Shown here: piece after piece, positions 35,869 through 46,350 of the stretch
Position numbering within the stretch: position 1 is the first letter of the stretch
How the letters are laid out: each line of letters starts with the position of its first letter
IMG/VR virus record: IMGVR_UViG_3300042940_002972
Span: 1 to 60,343 of that record
DNA: 60,343 nucleotides
Origin: a virus
Lineage: Duplodnaviria > Caudoviricetes
Direction: 5' to 3' (one strand)
Notes under the pieces: generated by a model
Seen by the model: only the letters and a program-made list of their open reading frames with translations
What the model was told of the DNA's origin: nothing
Database searches by the model: none
Translations under genes and position numbers: made by a program

Positions 35869-38643
35869 TTGGTCTTTCCAATTTTCTTCCGCTAATTCGT
35901 AAATATATTCTGGACTTAGACCCCTTCTATCCCAATAATTTATTTCTTGTTCAGTAATATCCAGAACATCTTCTTTTAATTTGTCTTGGTCGCCTTCTTC
36001 GAATGGCATACCATTTATCAGTTCGCATTGAGCGGTTGTGAATATACCTCTCTGTTCTGGGTCAGTCACTAGCAAATTATCACGTACTTCTTGTTGGAAG
36101 ACTACTAACAAAGGTTCGATTCTTTTGTTAAAAGTAACAATTGCTCTTGGAACGTTGTACTCACCTGTCAGGTTTGGATTATTGTCCAAAATATCACCCT
36201 TCAACATATAACAGTTAACAATCACACCATCTTCTATGGGTTTTAAATTTGGATTTTGTACACGATTGTATTCATTCAAATCTTTGATTTGTTTTGCAGT
36301 CATTTTTTGTACATCTCCTTGAGATGCCTTTTTTCCGTTGTTTACATACATTATAACGTCACCAAGATTCACGTTTAAACCTTCTTGTATTGCTAACTCC
36401 ATGTGGGCCATTCTTGACATACTATTACCAGCTTTGGTCTTTTGTGTCAATCTTTTTCTATACTCATCTAAGGTCAACTTCACTTTTGCTCTCTGAGCGA
36501 TTTGAGACAATGGAATTTTTTGGTCGAAAATTATTTGAAGATATTCATAATAATATTCAATGAAATCTTTACCCTTACCTTCTAACAAAAGTTTGATTCC
36601 TTTGTCCAAGAAAGTTTCAATATAAAGAGGGAGTTTTTTTGATTTGATGGAATTACCCGTAAGTTTTATTTTACCCTTGGCATCCATCACAGCATAGTTC
36701 TTCCTTGCCAAATTGATACACGAAGGCCAAACACCATCGGTATCTAAAGCCATTTCACCCCTCATGAAAATATCATTATACTCCGCAACGTCTGCTTCGG
36801 GTCCTGTATATTCTTTACCAACTTTTACCTTCCAATTTAAACCTCGACCTATGTACCTATGTTTATCTACATCATCAGGACTAGAGAAGTTCACACCATC
36901 AGTATCCATAACTAATGGAGTATAACCCCGAGACATAAAAAATTTAATCATCTGCCTTAGATACTGACGACCTGTACAAGTAATCTGTTCACCCATGTAC
37001 ATATCACCCCAAGCAAAAACCTGAGGTGCAGATAAAGCTCCGAACATTGAATTGATGAAGATTTTAATTGGTAATTGTTTATTCGAATAGGATGATGATT
37101 TTTGTGGGTCAGTCTTCTCAAATTCTTCGGCAAGTTGTTTATAACGGATACGGGTGTCTCGAAAATATTTTAACATTCCTTTCATTGCACCTGTGACATC
37201 ACAATCGGGAAAAACATCGTGTACAAGCTGAATAGAAGGGTATAGAGAGGAGAAGTCTAACTTCAATACATTCTTACTATATCCTACCTTAAGTAGTCGG
37301 GAAAGACCTCCTACGAAGTCTGTTTTAGATTGTTTTTCTGGAATGGCTAACTTGTGTTTATATGACCAAGCCAACATCAACATTTTCCAAAGAGTAGCGG
37401 TACCCATAGTGGCAACTCTCTCATAAGTTGTGGGAATCATTGACGCCAGTAGGAATGAAGCTTGGTTGAATTCTTTATCAACCGCCAAAGTTTCCTCAAG
37501 GTCATCATCGAGGTATCTTTCAACAAGGTTATCTCCGGTTGTTTTTATATAAATGTCAGGTCTTTTGGAACAAGCATTATCTATTTCAGTATCTAAGCCT
37601 GATTTTTTATACTTTCCATTTTGTGTATTCAACCAATATTCTTCTTTTTTCTCATACATTTTTCCAATATCAGTGTGTTCAATATAAACACGGTCCGCAG
37701 ACTCTTTACCGATAAATTTAGTAATGTATTTAAGACCTGCGGCCTTGATATTAGAATTGATTGCTTGAGCTCTCCTAACAGCATGAATAATGTCAATTAC
37801 GTTATAACCCCATATTGATGTTTGTAAATAATCCTCAACTTCGTTGGCTAGTTTGAGAATGGATTCTTTTCTTGTGTAAGAATGTTGGGGGTGTAAGGAT
37901 TTTATTGACTTTCTCAAATCAATTCCCAAAATCTGACTTCTTTGAAATATCCAATCCCAATCGAAGTTCGCGGAATTATAACCACCGATGATACTTGGTT
38001 TAATTTCATCTATGACTTTGAAGAATTCTAAGATAGCGTTTTTTTCATCTTTTTCTTCTAAACATTCTATAACTCGGTGATATCCTTTATTGGTTTTGAT
38101 ACCAATCATAAAAATTCTACCTTGTTTTGGGTCCAACGCATTTGTTTCCAAGTCAAAAACTAACCTTGTTACGTCATCGTAATCGAGGAACCCTTTGAAT
38201 AATCTTTTCTCTTTGGAAATTAGATATTGTTCTACGGGAGGTAAAACTAAAATTTTATCTTTTGTTTTTTCACCCCACGGGTCACAACCACCATCACGGA
38301 AAAATTGAATCAACTCTCTATATCCTTTCAAGGATTTGACCATGAATGTCAGACCATTTTGTAATCGTTCGTTATCCTTGGTTTCTAACTTTTCAATAAC
38401 AATTCCATATTTTGACATAGCTTCTTTCTGTGCTATTTTGGAATCGTTGTAAAACTTTAGTCCACGTAAATCACCGACCCAAGCAAAGGGAATAAATGTG
38501 TCCTTTCTAATTTCTTTACCTTTATTAGGTATCTCTTTAATTTTGAAAATAGAGTTTGAAACATAATCAAACTCAATGGCGACGATAAATTCTTCGGGGT
38601 CATTTCCTTGTAGGAATGATTCAATCTCTTGATTACTAATCAT
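35845..38643 (-). CDS. polB: Family B DNA polymerase
   Basis: Exo I FDLET, Exo II GYNSANFD, polymerase motifs DFSSLYPS, KIFINSMFG, DTDG. ATG at 38643 preferred over the track's GTG at 38673. Confidence 0.95.
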   Translation of the reverse strand: MISNQEIESFLQGNDPEEFIVAIEFDYVSNSIFKIKEIPNKGKEIRKDTFIPFAWVGDLRGLKFYNDSKIAQKEAMSKYGIVIEKLETKDNERLQNGLTFMVKSLKGYRELIQFFRDGGCDPWGEKTKDKILVLPPVEQYLISKEKRLFKGFLDYDDVTRLVFDLETNALDPKQGRIFMIGIKTNKGYHRVIECLEEKDEKNAILEFFKVIDEIKPSIIGGYNSANFDWDWIFQRSQILGIDLRKSIKSLHPQHSYTRKESILKLANEVEDYLQTSIWGYNVIDIIHAVRRAQAINSNIKAAGLKYITKFIGKESADRVYIEHTDIGKMYEKKEEYWLNTQNGKYKKSGLDTEIDNACSKRPDIYIKTTGDNLVERYLDDDLEETLAVDKEFNQASFLLASMIPTTYERVATMGTATLWKMLMLAWSYKHKLAIPEKQSKTDFVGGLSRLLKVGYSKNVLKLDFSSLYPSIQLVHDVFPDCDVTGAMKGMLKYFRDTRIRYKQLAEEFEKTDPQKSSSYSNKQLPIKIFINSMFGALSAPQVFAWGDMYMGEQITCTGRQYLRQMIKFFMSRGYTPLVMDTDGVNFSSPDDVDKHRYIGRGLNWKVKVGKEYTGPEADVAEYNDIFMRGEMALDTDGVWPSCINLARKNYAVMDAKGKIKLTGNSIKSKKLPLYIETFLDKGIKLLLEGKGKDFIEYYYEYLQIIFDQKIPLSQIAQRAKVKLTLDEYRKRLTQKTKAGNSMSRMAHMELAIQEGLNVNLGDVIMYVNNGKKASQGDVQKMTAKQIKDLNEYNRVQNPNLKPIEDGVIVNCYMLKGDILDNNPNLTGEYNVPRAIVTFNKRIEPLLVVFQQEVRDNLLVTDPEQRGIFTTAQCELINGMPFEEGDQDKLKEDVLDITEQEINYWDRRGLSPEYIYELAEENWKDQLGVLESV

Positions 38644-38739
38644 ATAACTTACGAGTGGTTTATTGGCTTTCACAATATTGTGAAGTTTACCTTACTCATT
38701 CAGCCATAAATATAGGAAAAAAAAGAACACAATCAAACT

Positions 38740-40026
38740 TTAACATGGACCTTCATATTCAATTACAAGACCTGAATTATCAACACGGTAATACCCCGTC
38801 AAAGAATCTGTACTATTAGTATACCAAAGGTTTCCACCATCAAATGGAGTAGTTAAACTACTATCTGTATAAAAAATAGTAACACCTACTATCACATCGA
38901 ACCAACCGAGCTCTGATGAATATATTGTTTGAGTAAGTGTTTTTGGGTCACATAAAGGTAATACGGAATCACCTGAGGAAATATTATATGGTGCGGATGC
39001 CGGAGTATTAGATGGTGTAATTGTAGGTGTTGGCGTAGGTGTGTTAGTTTGGGTTGGTGTAATGGTTGGAGTTGGTGTCACGGATGGATATGAAGAAAAA
39101 GAACAAGAGACTAAGGAGGACGCACCCACAAATTGAGTATTATGAACAAATGAACCACCAAAAGGAGAATTCATTTCAAATTTATAAATTCCCAAAAGGG
39201 TAAAAAGGTATGTTTTTCCTTCAAACTGTGCAATCCCTAATGGATTATTAAACGAACTATTTGAAACTGATTGAATTTGACTTCTAAATTCAAAATTACC
39301 TGTATTGTAATCGTACTGGTCTATTCCTATATAATAGACTCCAGAAATCTCTTGGAACCAACCATTTAGAAATTTACCATCACTTGTTATCATAAAAGTC
39401 CAATTTGAATTCTGTGGAAGTGTAAATTTTATAGTCCCACTCATCTGGGTTTGGGGTGGTGCCGGGATTGATAATTCCCATACATTCCAATCATAATCCA
39501 CGAAAACTAATTTGTTTGGGCCGGCAACACTTAAACCCCAAGAATTATTTAAAATTGGAACATTTGAAGGAAAATCCAACAACCTGTAATTCGGAGAAAT
39601 TGTATATGGTGGCTGTCCAGAAATATTCCATTCCCTAATAGTATATCTAAAACCAAATGGCGCGGGATATAATAACCATAAATTATCATTTGTATGAGCG
39701 ACTTGCCATGGATTTAAACCACCACCACTATTTGGGACTTGAAAGTTTACACTTATATCCAACAATGGATTATAATAGTAAGTCTGTCCAAAATTATTCA
39801 ATGTAATTAAAACACAATCAGGTAATGTTGAAAAAATTGTTTCGATAAAAATAGAATTTTCAAAAAAATTAGAGTAAGAAAGTGTTTCATCTAAAACCCA
39901 AAAAGATTTTGATTGGTTTGGGTTCAAAGGTACTTGATATTCCCACTCAGAGGTAAAACATTTTTGATAATTGAACGTAATTATATTGTCACCTGTATTC
40001 GATATTTTAATTTTTTTACAACTCAT
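38740..40026 (-). CDS. Modular Thr/Pro-linker protein, putative virion surface protein (paralog 1)
   Basis: Shared N-terminal module (NTG..FNYQKC..EWEYQV), a beta-rich domain homologous to one in 46351..50511, TPTPT linker, small C-terminal domain. Confidence 0.7.
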   Translation of the reverse strand: MSCKKIKISNTGDNIITFNYQKCFTSEWEYQVPLNPNQSKSFWVLDETLSYSNFFENSIFIETIFSTLPDCVLITLNNFGQTYYYNPLLDISVNFQVPNSGGGLNPWQVAHTNDNLWLLYPAPFGFRYTIREWNISGQPPYTISPNYRLLDFPSNVPILNNSWGLSVAGPNKLVFVDYDWNVWELSIPAPPQTQMSGTIKFTLPQNSNWTFMITSDGKFLNGWFQEISGVYYIGIDQYDYNTGNFEFRSQIQSVSNSSFNNPLGIAQFEGKTYLFTLLGIYKFEMNSPFGGSFVHNTQFVGASSLVSCSFSSYPSVTPTPTITPTQTNTPTPTPTITPSNTPASAPYNISSGDSVLPLCDPKTLTQTIYSSELGWFDVIVGVTIFYTDSSLTTPFDGGNLWYTNSTDSLTGYYRVDNSGLVIEYEGPC

Positions 40027-40039
40027 ATCGAAAATGTAT

Positions 40040-40417
40040 TTAACAACATCCTGTCTCGGAAATGAAACTATCTTGTACGTTTATATATAATTCCTCTCTG
40101 ATTGGTAATATTAAATTTCCCTCATCATTCTTGATAAGAAATTGACCTTGAAATCTACCTACTGTATTTGTATCTCGTGAAGTGAATCTAAAATAAACAT
40201 AGTATTCTGGTGTAGCACCCAAAGGGAGAGTAATGGAAGTTATGTAACAAGGAGCAGAGACAACTTTGGGTATACCAGTCTCGACGTTTATCATGGTAAA
40301 ATAAATTGTTGAGATTGGTAAAGCCTCCATTAGCTCCAAATATCCTGCTCTGCCATCTTTTACAACTTGCATTTTGAGAAGTGGTAAAGTGGCATTTTTT
40401 TTGATGAAAAATTCCAT
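40040..40417 (-). CDS. BppU-N-like virion adaptor protein
   Basis: FFIKKNATLP.L...YFRFTSRDTNTVGRFQGQF...LILP pattern; TATTTAT upstream. Confidence 0.55.
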   Translation of the reverse strand: MEFFIKKNATLPLLKMQVVKDGRAGYLELMEALPISTIYFTMINVETGIPKVVSAPCYITSITLPLGATPEYYVYFRFTSRDTNTVGRFQGQFLIKNDEGNLILPIREELYINVQDSFISETGCC

Positions 40418-40433
40418 AACAATAAATATACTG

Positions 40434-42107
40434 TTATGACTCTTTACGTAACTTTCTATCGTAGTGGTCGAACCTATTATGTTCGGTTGGTGTCATAAGA
40501 AGCAAGCCGGGTTTGAGTTTACCTGTAACAGTCTGTTGATACATATAACTCATCCATGTTTGTTCAAATGGGTGTGCCCAAGTTGTTTCCAAAAACATTT
40601 TTTTATTACCCGGTCTTGAAACTATTTGGGGCCAATTACAATAGTATATTTCACCTGTCGCATATGGTATACCCTTATGTGAATCAATTTTGGTGAATTT
40701 TGTTTTGGGTGCATTTGGGTCTAATCCCATATTTGGAAGACGAGGTTTTTCAGGCCAAAATTTTAATCTCACATCTTGAGGTACATTATACCAAGACCAT
40801 TGAGTACTATTATCACCGAAAAATTCTGAAAAATTTAATTTTAAAAAATCGAAATTTTCTTTTTTAACAATTTCTAAAGATTTAGAATATAGATTATCTG
40901 TGAACCTATTGAAACCATTTTTACAAACTTCTTGATTTGGATAGAAAAACATATCATCTTCAAAAAAAAGATAGTAATCTAATTCGGTTTCTTTATCAAA
41001 GTGTTCTGCAATCCATTGTCTCCCACCACAAATTCCTAAGTTGTCCTTTTTTATTTCTTCAAAATCATACTCGTCACATAATTGACTATAAGTTGAATCT
41101 GTTGTCCTATCAGTCGAATTATTCAAAAGAAATTTTTTTGTTTTCAATAAAAAATCTTTATCATAAGAATTCATTGATTGTATTAGGGTTTCAAATTGTT
41201 CCGGACTATTGAATGAAATGACATACAAACCTACCTTGTTTGTATCTAAGGATTCTTGAGAAACAAAACCACTTTCAGATTTTACTTGTAATTCATTATT
41301 TTTTAAATCCTCAAAAAATTTACCTATGAGACCATTACCTTCTATTTCAAAATAATTTATCAAATCTGAGTGTTTGTAACACATAATACTGAAAATAGAT
41401 TCTTCTGTTCCCATCAAACCCATGTCCAAGGTAGATTTCAATAAACCATAATAAATAGAATTTATTTCACCTATTGTATATTTTGGACCTCCGAAAAAAC
41501 CACCTCTTGCAACTTTGTCCACTTTATCACCTGCAATCTCATTTAGTTTTGAATATTCAAAACCGTGAATTTCATTATCCGCCTCATATGGAAAACAAAT
41601 AAAAGAAAATTTCGAAATATATTTAGAAAGATTATTTAGGACTTTGTCGTGTGTAAAATATCCTGGGTGTACTGTGTTTGTTATACCTCCATCAATCCAA
41701 AACATATACTCAGAGTTAAATTGGTCCATAATTTTCGCGTCATGAAGTAGAAAAACTTTTGACATAACCAAAGGGTTATAGTTTTCCAATTTTGATTGAG
41801 TTGAATCTCTGAGCCAACCTGCAAGATTTTTCCAATTTTCATTGTTTCTTATCAATTGGATTTTTTCAAAAAACTCATTTTCTCTAAACCAAGATAGCGG
41901 TCTTCTGATAAATTGTGTATTTTCTTTAGTTCTTTTTTTGAAAACGAACTCTTCAAGACTTTCGTCTCCAAAAATAATCAAGTTTTCAGAAACATTCAGA
42001 AGGGAATCAAATTTTTCTAAATAGTGTTCATAAGGTCTTTTCCAACCTTCATTTAATTCAGACCTGCCTATATCCCAAATACCTGTTACTAAAGTAATAT
42101 TATTCAT
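40434..42107 (-). CDS. Two-domain glycosyltransferase (WlaTC/HtrL-like plus GT-A domain)
   Basis: ITLVTGIWDIGR, FWIDGG, GGFFGG, GTEES in the N-domain; NLGICGGR and FFEDDM in the C-domain. Confidence 0.75.
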   Translation of the reverse strand: MNNITLVTGIWDIGRSELNEGWKRPYEHYLEKFDSLLNVSENLIIFGDESLEEFVFKKRTKENTQFIRRPLSWFRENEFFEKIQLIRNNENWKNLAGWLRDSTQSKLENYNPLVMSKVFLLHDAKIMDQFNSEYMFWIDGGITNTVHPGYFTHDKVLNNLSKYISKFSFICFPYEADNEIHGFEYSKLNEIAGDKVDKVARGGFFGGPKYTIGEINSIYYGLLKSTLDMGLMGTEESIFSIMCYKHSDLINYFEIEGNGLIGKFFEDLKNNELQVKSESGFVSQESLDTNKVGLYVISFNSPEQFETLIQSMNSYDKDFLLKTKKFLLNNSTDRTTDSTYSQLCDEYDFEEIKKDNLGICGGRQWIAEHFDKETELDYYLFFEDDMFFYPNQEVCKNGFNRFTDNLYSKSLEIVKKENFDFLKLNFSEFFGDNSTQWSWYNVPQDVRLKFWPEKPRLPNMGLDPNAPKTKFTKIDSHKGIPYATGEIYYCNWPQIVSRPGNKKMFLETTWAHPFEQTWMSYMYQQTVTGKLKPGLLLMTPTEHNRFDHYDRKLRKES

Positions 42108-42987
42108 ATATTCTATTAAACTCTTCTAAAATTTTATAAAAACTTTTGTTTTTCAAAAATAATTCTTCACTCGTACCTTGAGGTGCATTATCCCTACACC
42201 ACCAAATATCAAAGTGTTTCCTCACAAATAAATCGTTGTGATTGTAAAACATCAATGTCATTATTTGTTCTTCATGTGGCAAAAATTTACAAGAATCGTC
42301 TGACAAAATTTTTACAACATAATCTTCAAAAATACTAACCATGTTATCCCACTTATCTTTATGTCCTCCAAACAACCCACCAATAATGTGAATTTGTCTT
42401 ATGTAGTTTGTGTACCATTTTTGGTCAACAGTACCTGACCAGTAATTTCTTTCATTCTCTTTCCCCAGAATTAAAAATTTATCACTTGAGTCTATAATTA
42501 AATTATCTGAGAATGAATTATTGAACAGGGTACTTTCATAAAATCTTCTCATACCATGTGGAAAATTCAAATATTTCAAAGGTATGAGACCGCAATGTGA
42601 AAGTCCTGCATCAATCCAGTAGTAATAATCATACGACCTATCTTCGTTCCACCACCAAGAAAACTTTGAATATTGAATTTCAATACACCTATCACCCCTT
42701 TTAATTTCTTCAACGTTTTTTCTAAGATTTATTAAATCTTTGAACTTACAATTGTTCAAATCAAAAACCTGAAACTTTAACTTTTCTTCTGATATTTTGT
42801 TTTCCTCGTAGAAAAAATTTTTCAATGATTCCAATTCTCTTTCAGATGTATAACATAAAAAATCTGAGTTTGTCATTTTCAAAAGAGATAGAAGACTATA
42901 CCTATAATGAGTTCCTCGGGCAGGTCTACCGCCTAATTCAGTACCATTCAAATCACTATAGATTGCTGTTATAAATTTAATTTTCAT
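42100..42987 (-). CDS. WlaTC/HtrL-like glycosyltransferase
   Basis: FITAIY, YWIDAGL, GGLFGG, EEQIM; similar to the N-domain of the neighbouring gene. Confidence 0.7.
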   Translation of the reverse strand: MKIKFITAIYSDLNGTELGGRPARGTHYRYSLLSLLKMTNSDFLCYTSERELESLKNFFYEENKISEEKLKFQVFDLNNCKFKDLINLRKNVEEIKRGDRCIEIQYSKFSWWWNEDRSYDYYYWIDAGLSHCGLIPLKYLNFPHGMRRFYESTLFNNSFSDNLIIDSSDKFLILGKENERNYWSGTVDQKWYTNYIRQIHIIGGLFGGHKDKWDNMVSIFEDYVVKILSDDSCKFLPHEEQIMTLMFYNHNDLFVRKHFDIWWCRDNAPQGTSEELFLKNKSFYKILEEFNRIYE

Positions 42988-43720
42988 TATAGTGAAAATG
43001 TTTTTTTTCTTCTTTGAATTTATTATTTATTTCTTGATTCATGAATTTATGGTGTATTTTCACAGGGGAATATAGATTCCAATTATATGTTTGAGTATAA
43101 AAATTATTATACATCCCATGTGAAACATCCGAATATGAATTTTTTTGTGGTGCTATTGGTAAAATTGGAGTATATGATTGAAATTTGGGATACACATTTT
43201 TGACTAAGTGTTCGTCTATTGGAAGAACATAATCACCACTATGGAAAGCATAATCTTTTATTGACCTCACGGCATCTAAAACTTTTAAATCATAAATCAA
43301 AATATTCGTTGCAAATATTTCTGTCAATCTATCATTTGGTTTTGGAGGGAGATTAGTTATATCCAACAGCAAATTATATTTCGAGCTAATATTCACGGGT
43401 CTATTGAGTGTCGGTGCTAAATTCATAACACCGAATTCAATGTCCGATATTTGTGACTCAATGTCCTGAAGTAATGATTTACAATATGGCATGAATTGAC
43501 AATCATCCTCAATAATCATAACCTTTTCATACCCTCTCTTCTCAGATATTCTCAAAATTTCTAAATGAGATAATGTACATCCCATGTAACTATTTCTGTT
43601 TATTGCATTAAATAACTCGAAATCCCAACCGACATATTCTAACTCAGACTTTATATCTAATAATCTATCAGGCCTTGATTCCAAGTTTATTACAAACTTA
43701 GGTAACTCTTGAAACTTCAT
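42977..43720 (-). CDS. Glycosyltransferase family 25
   Basis: FVINLESRPDR, GCTLSH, IIEDDC, PIDEHL. Confidence 0.85.
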   Translation of the reverse strand: MKFQELPKFVINLESRPDRLLDIKSELEYVGWDFELFNAINRNSYMGCTLSHLEILRISEKRGYEKVMIIEDDCQFMPYCKSLLQDIESQISDIEFGVMNLAPTLNRPVNISSKYNLLLDITNLPPKPNDRLTEIFATNILIYDLKVLDAVRSIKDYAFHSGDYVLPIDEHLVKNVYPKFQSYTPILPIAPQKNSYSDVSHGMYNNFYTQTYNWNLYSPVKIHHKFMNQEINNKFKEEKKHFHYNEN

Positions 43721-44985
43721 TAGCTTACATGATTATGAGATAATTGTCCTGTTAGTCTGTCACACCAACCTTTTGATTCTGAATGTGGCCAAACAACCCA
43801 ATATTTAGGTAATACATCAGTTTGGAACTCTCTCCAAATTTTACAATATTTGTCAGGGTCATTCATAAGTCTAGAAATTTCAGACTTGTCGGCATCTTTT
43901 CTATACAAAGTTTCGTCATTAGGTCCATGAAACGCAACCACCCAAAAATCATAGTCCTTTTCAGGAACTGAAGAATAACCAACATCAATACAATGTTTAT
44001 AGACAGTACAAAAGGATTTTTTCCAATCTTCTTCCGATTCAATATTAGGACTTGGAGGATAGTTTTTATCTAAACACCATCTGTCTACAGCTCTTTTTTC
44101 AAATAAAAGACCTGAATATTTTTCATACTCTCTTAGTGTTCTTATGGGTCCAAAACCATATGGACCATCGTGCCCCTCTTGTTTTTCACCATCCATACCA
44201 AATAACTTTCTATTGGTAAGATGTGAATGTCTATTTTTATCTCCCCATGTTTTATCATCATCCCATTGTTTAGTCCTACCTTTACGAGTATACTCGTGAT
44301 AGATTACAGGAATATGTGGGTGAAATAAATCATAACCCCAAGTATAAGCTCTGGCGGCAATTGATATTTCTTCACCGTGAAAATAATATTCAGGATTGTG
44401 TTGTACCTCTTTTGCGAAAGAACCTAATGTAAAACAAAAATGTGCAGAATAAAATCTTGCAGGAACTGGCTTTTTCATTTCTCTCCAACCGGGAATTGTT
44501 TCAGGTAGAAAGAATACTGCACCCTCAGGAATAAATCTATCAAACGCCATTCTCCAAGCATCTTGAGCTCTTCCTTGTGGGTCATTATCAGGGTCAAAGG
44601 AGGGTACATAACCCGTAAGTAGAGGTTTTTTATACCCATCCTTTTGTAGACCCTTTATCATTTTGATTAGGATATCATCCCAATCTTTTACAAACCTCAT
44701 GTGAGAATCAATCTGCAATGTGTATTTTTCATTTTTATACAATTGTTGTACTAAATGTCTTGCCCAACAAACCCCTTTAGCTTCTTGATATGGAATGTCT
44801 AAAATTCTAAACCTCTCATCATTTCTCCATTCGTCTAAATTATCGAAACCATCAGTTTCTGAATATTGTCTAGCAATTCCTAAAACTAAATTTTCAGGTT
44901 TTTTTGCATTGGATAACATATCTTTTATTGTATGAACAAGTTGTGGGTCTCTGTAAGATGCAATTTGTATAAAAATTTTACTCAT
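43720..44985 (-). CDS. GT60-like polypeptide alpha-N-acetylglucosaminyltransferase (Skp1 Gnt1/TcOGNT-like)
   Basis: IFIQIASYRDP, GVCWAR, LQIDSHMRF (DxH), FHGEE, RAYTWGYDLFHP, YHEY. Confidence 0.82.
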   Translation of the reverse strand: MSKIFIQIASYRDPQLVHTIKDMLSNAKKPENLVLGIARQYSETDGFDNLDEWRNDERFRILDIPYQEAKGVCWARHLVQQLYKNEKYTLQIDSHMRFVKDWDDILIKMIKGLQKDGYKKPLLTGYVPSFDPDNDPQGRAQDAWRMAFDRFIPEGAVFFLPETIPGWREMKKPVPARFYSAHFCFTLGSFAKEVQHNPEYYFHGEEISIAARAYTWGYDLFHPHIPVIYHEYTRKGRTKQWDDDKTWGDKNRHSHLTNRKLFGMDGEKQEGHDGPYGFGPIRTLREYEKYSGLLFEKRAVDRWCLDKNYPPSPNIESEEDWKKSFCTVYKHCIDVGYSSVPEKDYDFWVVAFHGPNDETLYRKDADKSEISRLMNDPDKYCKIWREFQTDVLPKYWVVWPHSESKGWCDRLTGQLSHNHVS

Positions 44986-45011
44986 AAATTATATTTGGTA
45001 TAAAAATAAAA

Positions 45012-45035
45012 AACCTCCCGTGAAAGTGGAGGGTT
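45012..45035 (-). terminator. Intrinsic terminator between 45061..46293 and the glycosyltransferase operon
   Basis: Minus strand AACCCTCCAC-TTTC-ACGGGAGGTT followed by a T run. Confidence 0.65.
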
Positions 45036-45060
45036 GATATTTTATTTAAATAAATTTTTT

Positions 45061-46293
45061 CTACGTACAACTATATGGTCCCGAATCTTGATTTATCAAT
45101 CCTCCAGTCACAACATACTCAGTCCCGTCTGTACAGATAGAATAAGATGATGCGTCAGGAATGAAATGAGAATAAGGATTACCATCACAACCAATCCATT
45201 CTATTGAACCTCCACCAACACCGGCACTTAAAGTATATCCACTACAACTTGGAAGTCCTGATGTTAGAGAAGGTGTGGGTGTTGAAGTTGGTGTTTCAGT
45301 GTTAGTTGGAGTTACACTTGGTGTTACGGTATTAGTCGGTGTGACGGTTGGAGTTTCTGTATTAGTCGGAGTCACACTTGGTGTTGCTGGTATTGTTGAT
45401 GTTGGTGTAGGTGTCACTGTATTTGTAGCGGTTATTGAAGGTGTTGGTGTGTTAGTACTAGTAGGACTTGGCGTAAGCGTGGTTGTTGGAGTGACAGTTG
45501 GTGTAGGGGTATTGGTAGGGGTTTTTGTCGGTGTGATTGTAGTTGTCGGGGTTGGTGATGGCGTAGGTGGTGGCGCCGCACTCAATGCACATAAACTAAT
45601 TCTAACACCTTGATATTGAATGCTTGGTCCCTGAGAAAATGTTATTTGGGTAAAAGGTGTGGTTGTTTCAACAATAAATCTGGCTAACCCATCAGTATTG
45701 ACAGCAGTTATTACTCCATTACCAATCTGCATAGGACAACCCGCACATTGAGCAATATTTGGAGTTCCCGCGTTCGTTGTTATATATAATCTGTCTCCGT
45801 TTGAAGCATCACCATTCCACACACCTGAATTAAACATCAGAGAGTTTAGTGGTTGACTAAAAATAAAAACTATTGTTGAACCCGAAGCAAAAGAACTCAC
45901 GCCACCAGGTCCAGGCCCAATTGTGATTGGAACTCCCTGACATGGGTAGTTGTTTGGACCGTATGTGAAAGTATTTGTTGCACAGTTTGCATTTTGTGAA
46001 AGACCTGTTATTGATATACCGTTACTAACAACAACCTGACCGTTACAGGGTGTATTTATGGTATTACAGGTTGTGCAATTTTCCGCCCCTCTAAAAAAGT
46101 TTTCTGTTTGTATATCTACATTCTGTAAAAAAAATGATGGAATCGCAAAAGTGTCCGAGATAGCCCAGACTCTTTTGGTTTCATTAGGTAAAACTTTCAC
46201 CTGATATTCCCACTCTGCGGTAACACATTTCTGATAATTAAAAGTGACAAGAGTATCTCCTGTATTTTTCAGGGTGTATTTAAAACAATTCAT
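45061..46293 (-). CDS. Modular mucin-like Thr/Pro-rich protein (paralog 2)
   Basis: Shared N-terminal module, Cys-containing beta domain, ~105-aa TP/TN-rich tract, small Cys C-terminal domain. Confidence 0.75.
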   Translation of the reverse strand: MNCFKYTLKNTGDTLVTFNYQKCVTAEWEYQVKVLPNETKRVWAISDTFAIPSFFLQNVDIQTENFFRGAENCTTCNTINTPCNGQVVVSNGISITGLSQNANCATNTFTYGPNNYPCQGVPITIGPGPGGVSSFASGSTIVFIFSQPLNSLMFNSGVWNGDASNGDRLYITTNAGTPNIAQCAGCPMQIGNGVITAVNTDGLARFIVETTTPFTQITFSQGPSIQYQGVRISLCALSAAPPPTPSPTPTTTITPTKTPTNTPTPTVTPTTTLTPSPTSTNTPTPSITATNTVTPTPTSTIPATPSVTPTNTETPTVTPTNTVTPSVTPTNTETPTSTPTPSLTSGLPSCSGYTLSAGVGGGSIEWIGCDGNPYSHFIPDASSYSICTDGTEYVVTGGLINQDSGPYSCT

Positions 46294-46350
46294 TTTTTTT
46301 ATTTATATAATCCGAAATTTTAATTTTTGTCATAGTTCCAAATGAATATT

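Noticed and set aside
645-37818. Short alternative-frame or antisense ORFs inside long genes (e.g. 1142..1390, 22928..23179, 25274..25573, 33069..33359)
   Set aside because: They overlap well-supported genes, show no recognisable motifs and have no expression signals.
610-38643. Inteins or introns in RNR, helicase, recombinase or polymerase
   Set aside because: Lengths are normal, catalytic motifs are contiguous, and no splice-junction or homing-endonuclease motifs were seen.
38644-38706. Hammerhead ribozyme in the polB leader (CUGAAUGA...GAAA)
   Set aside because: The core has an extra base relative to CUGANGA and the stems do not close in hammerhead geometry; kept only as a structured leader.
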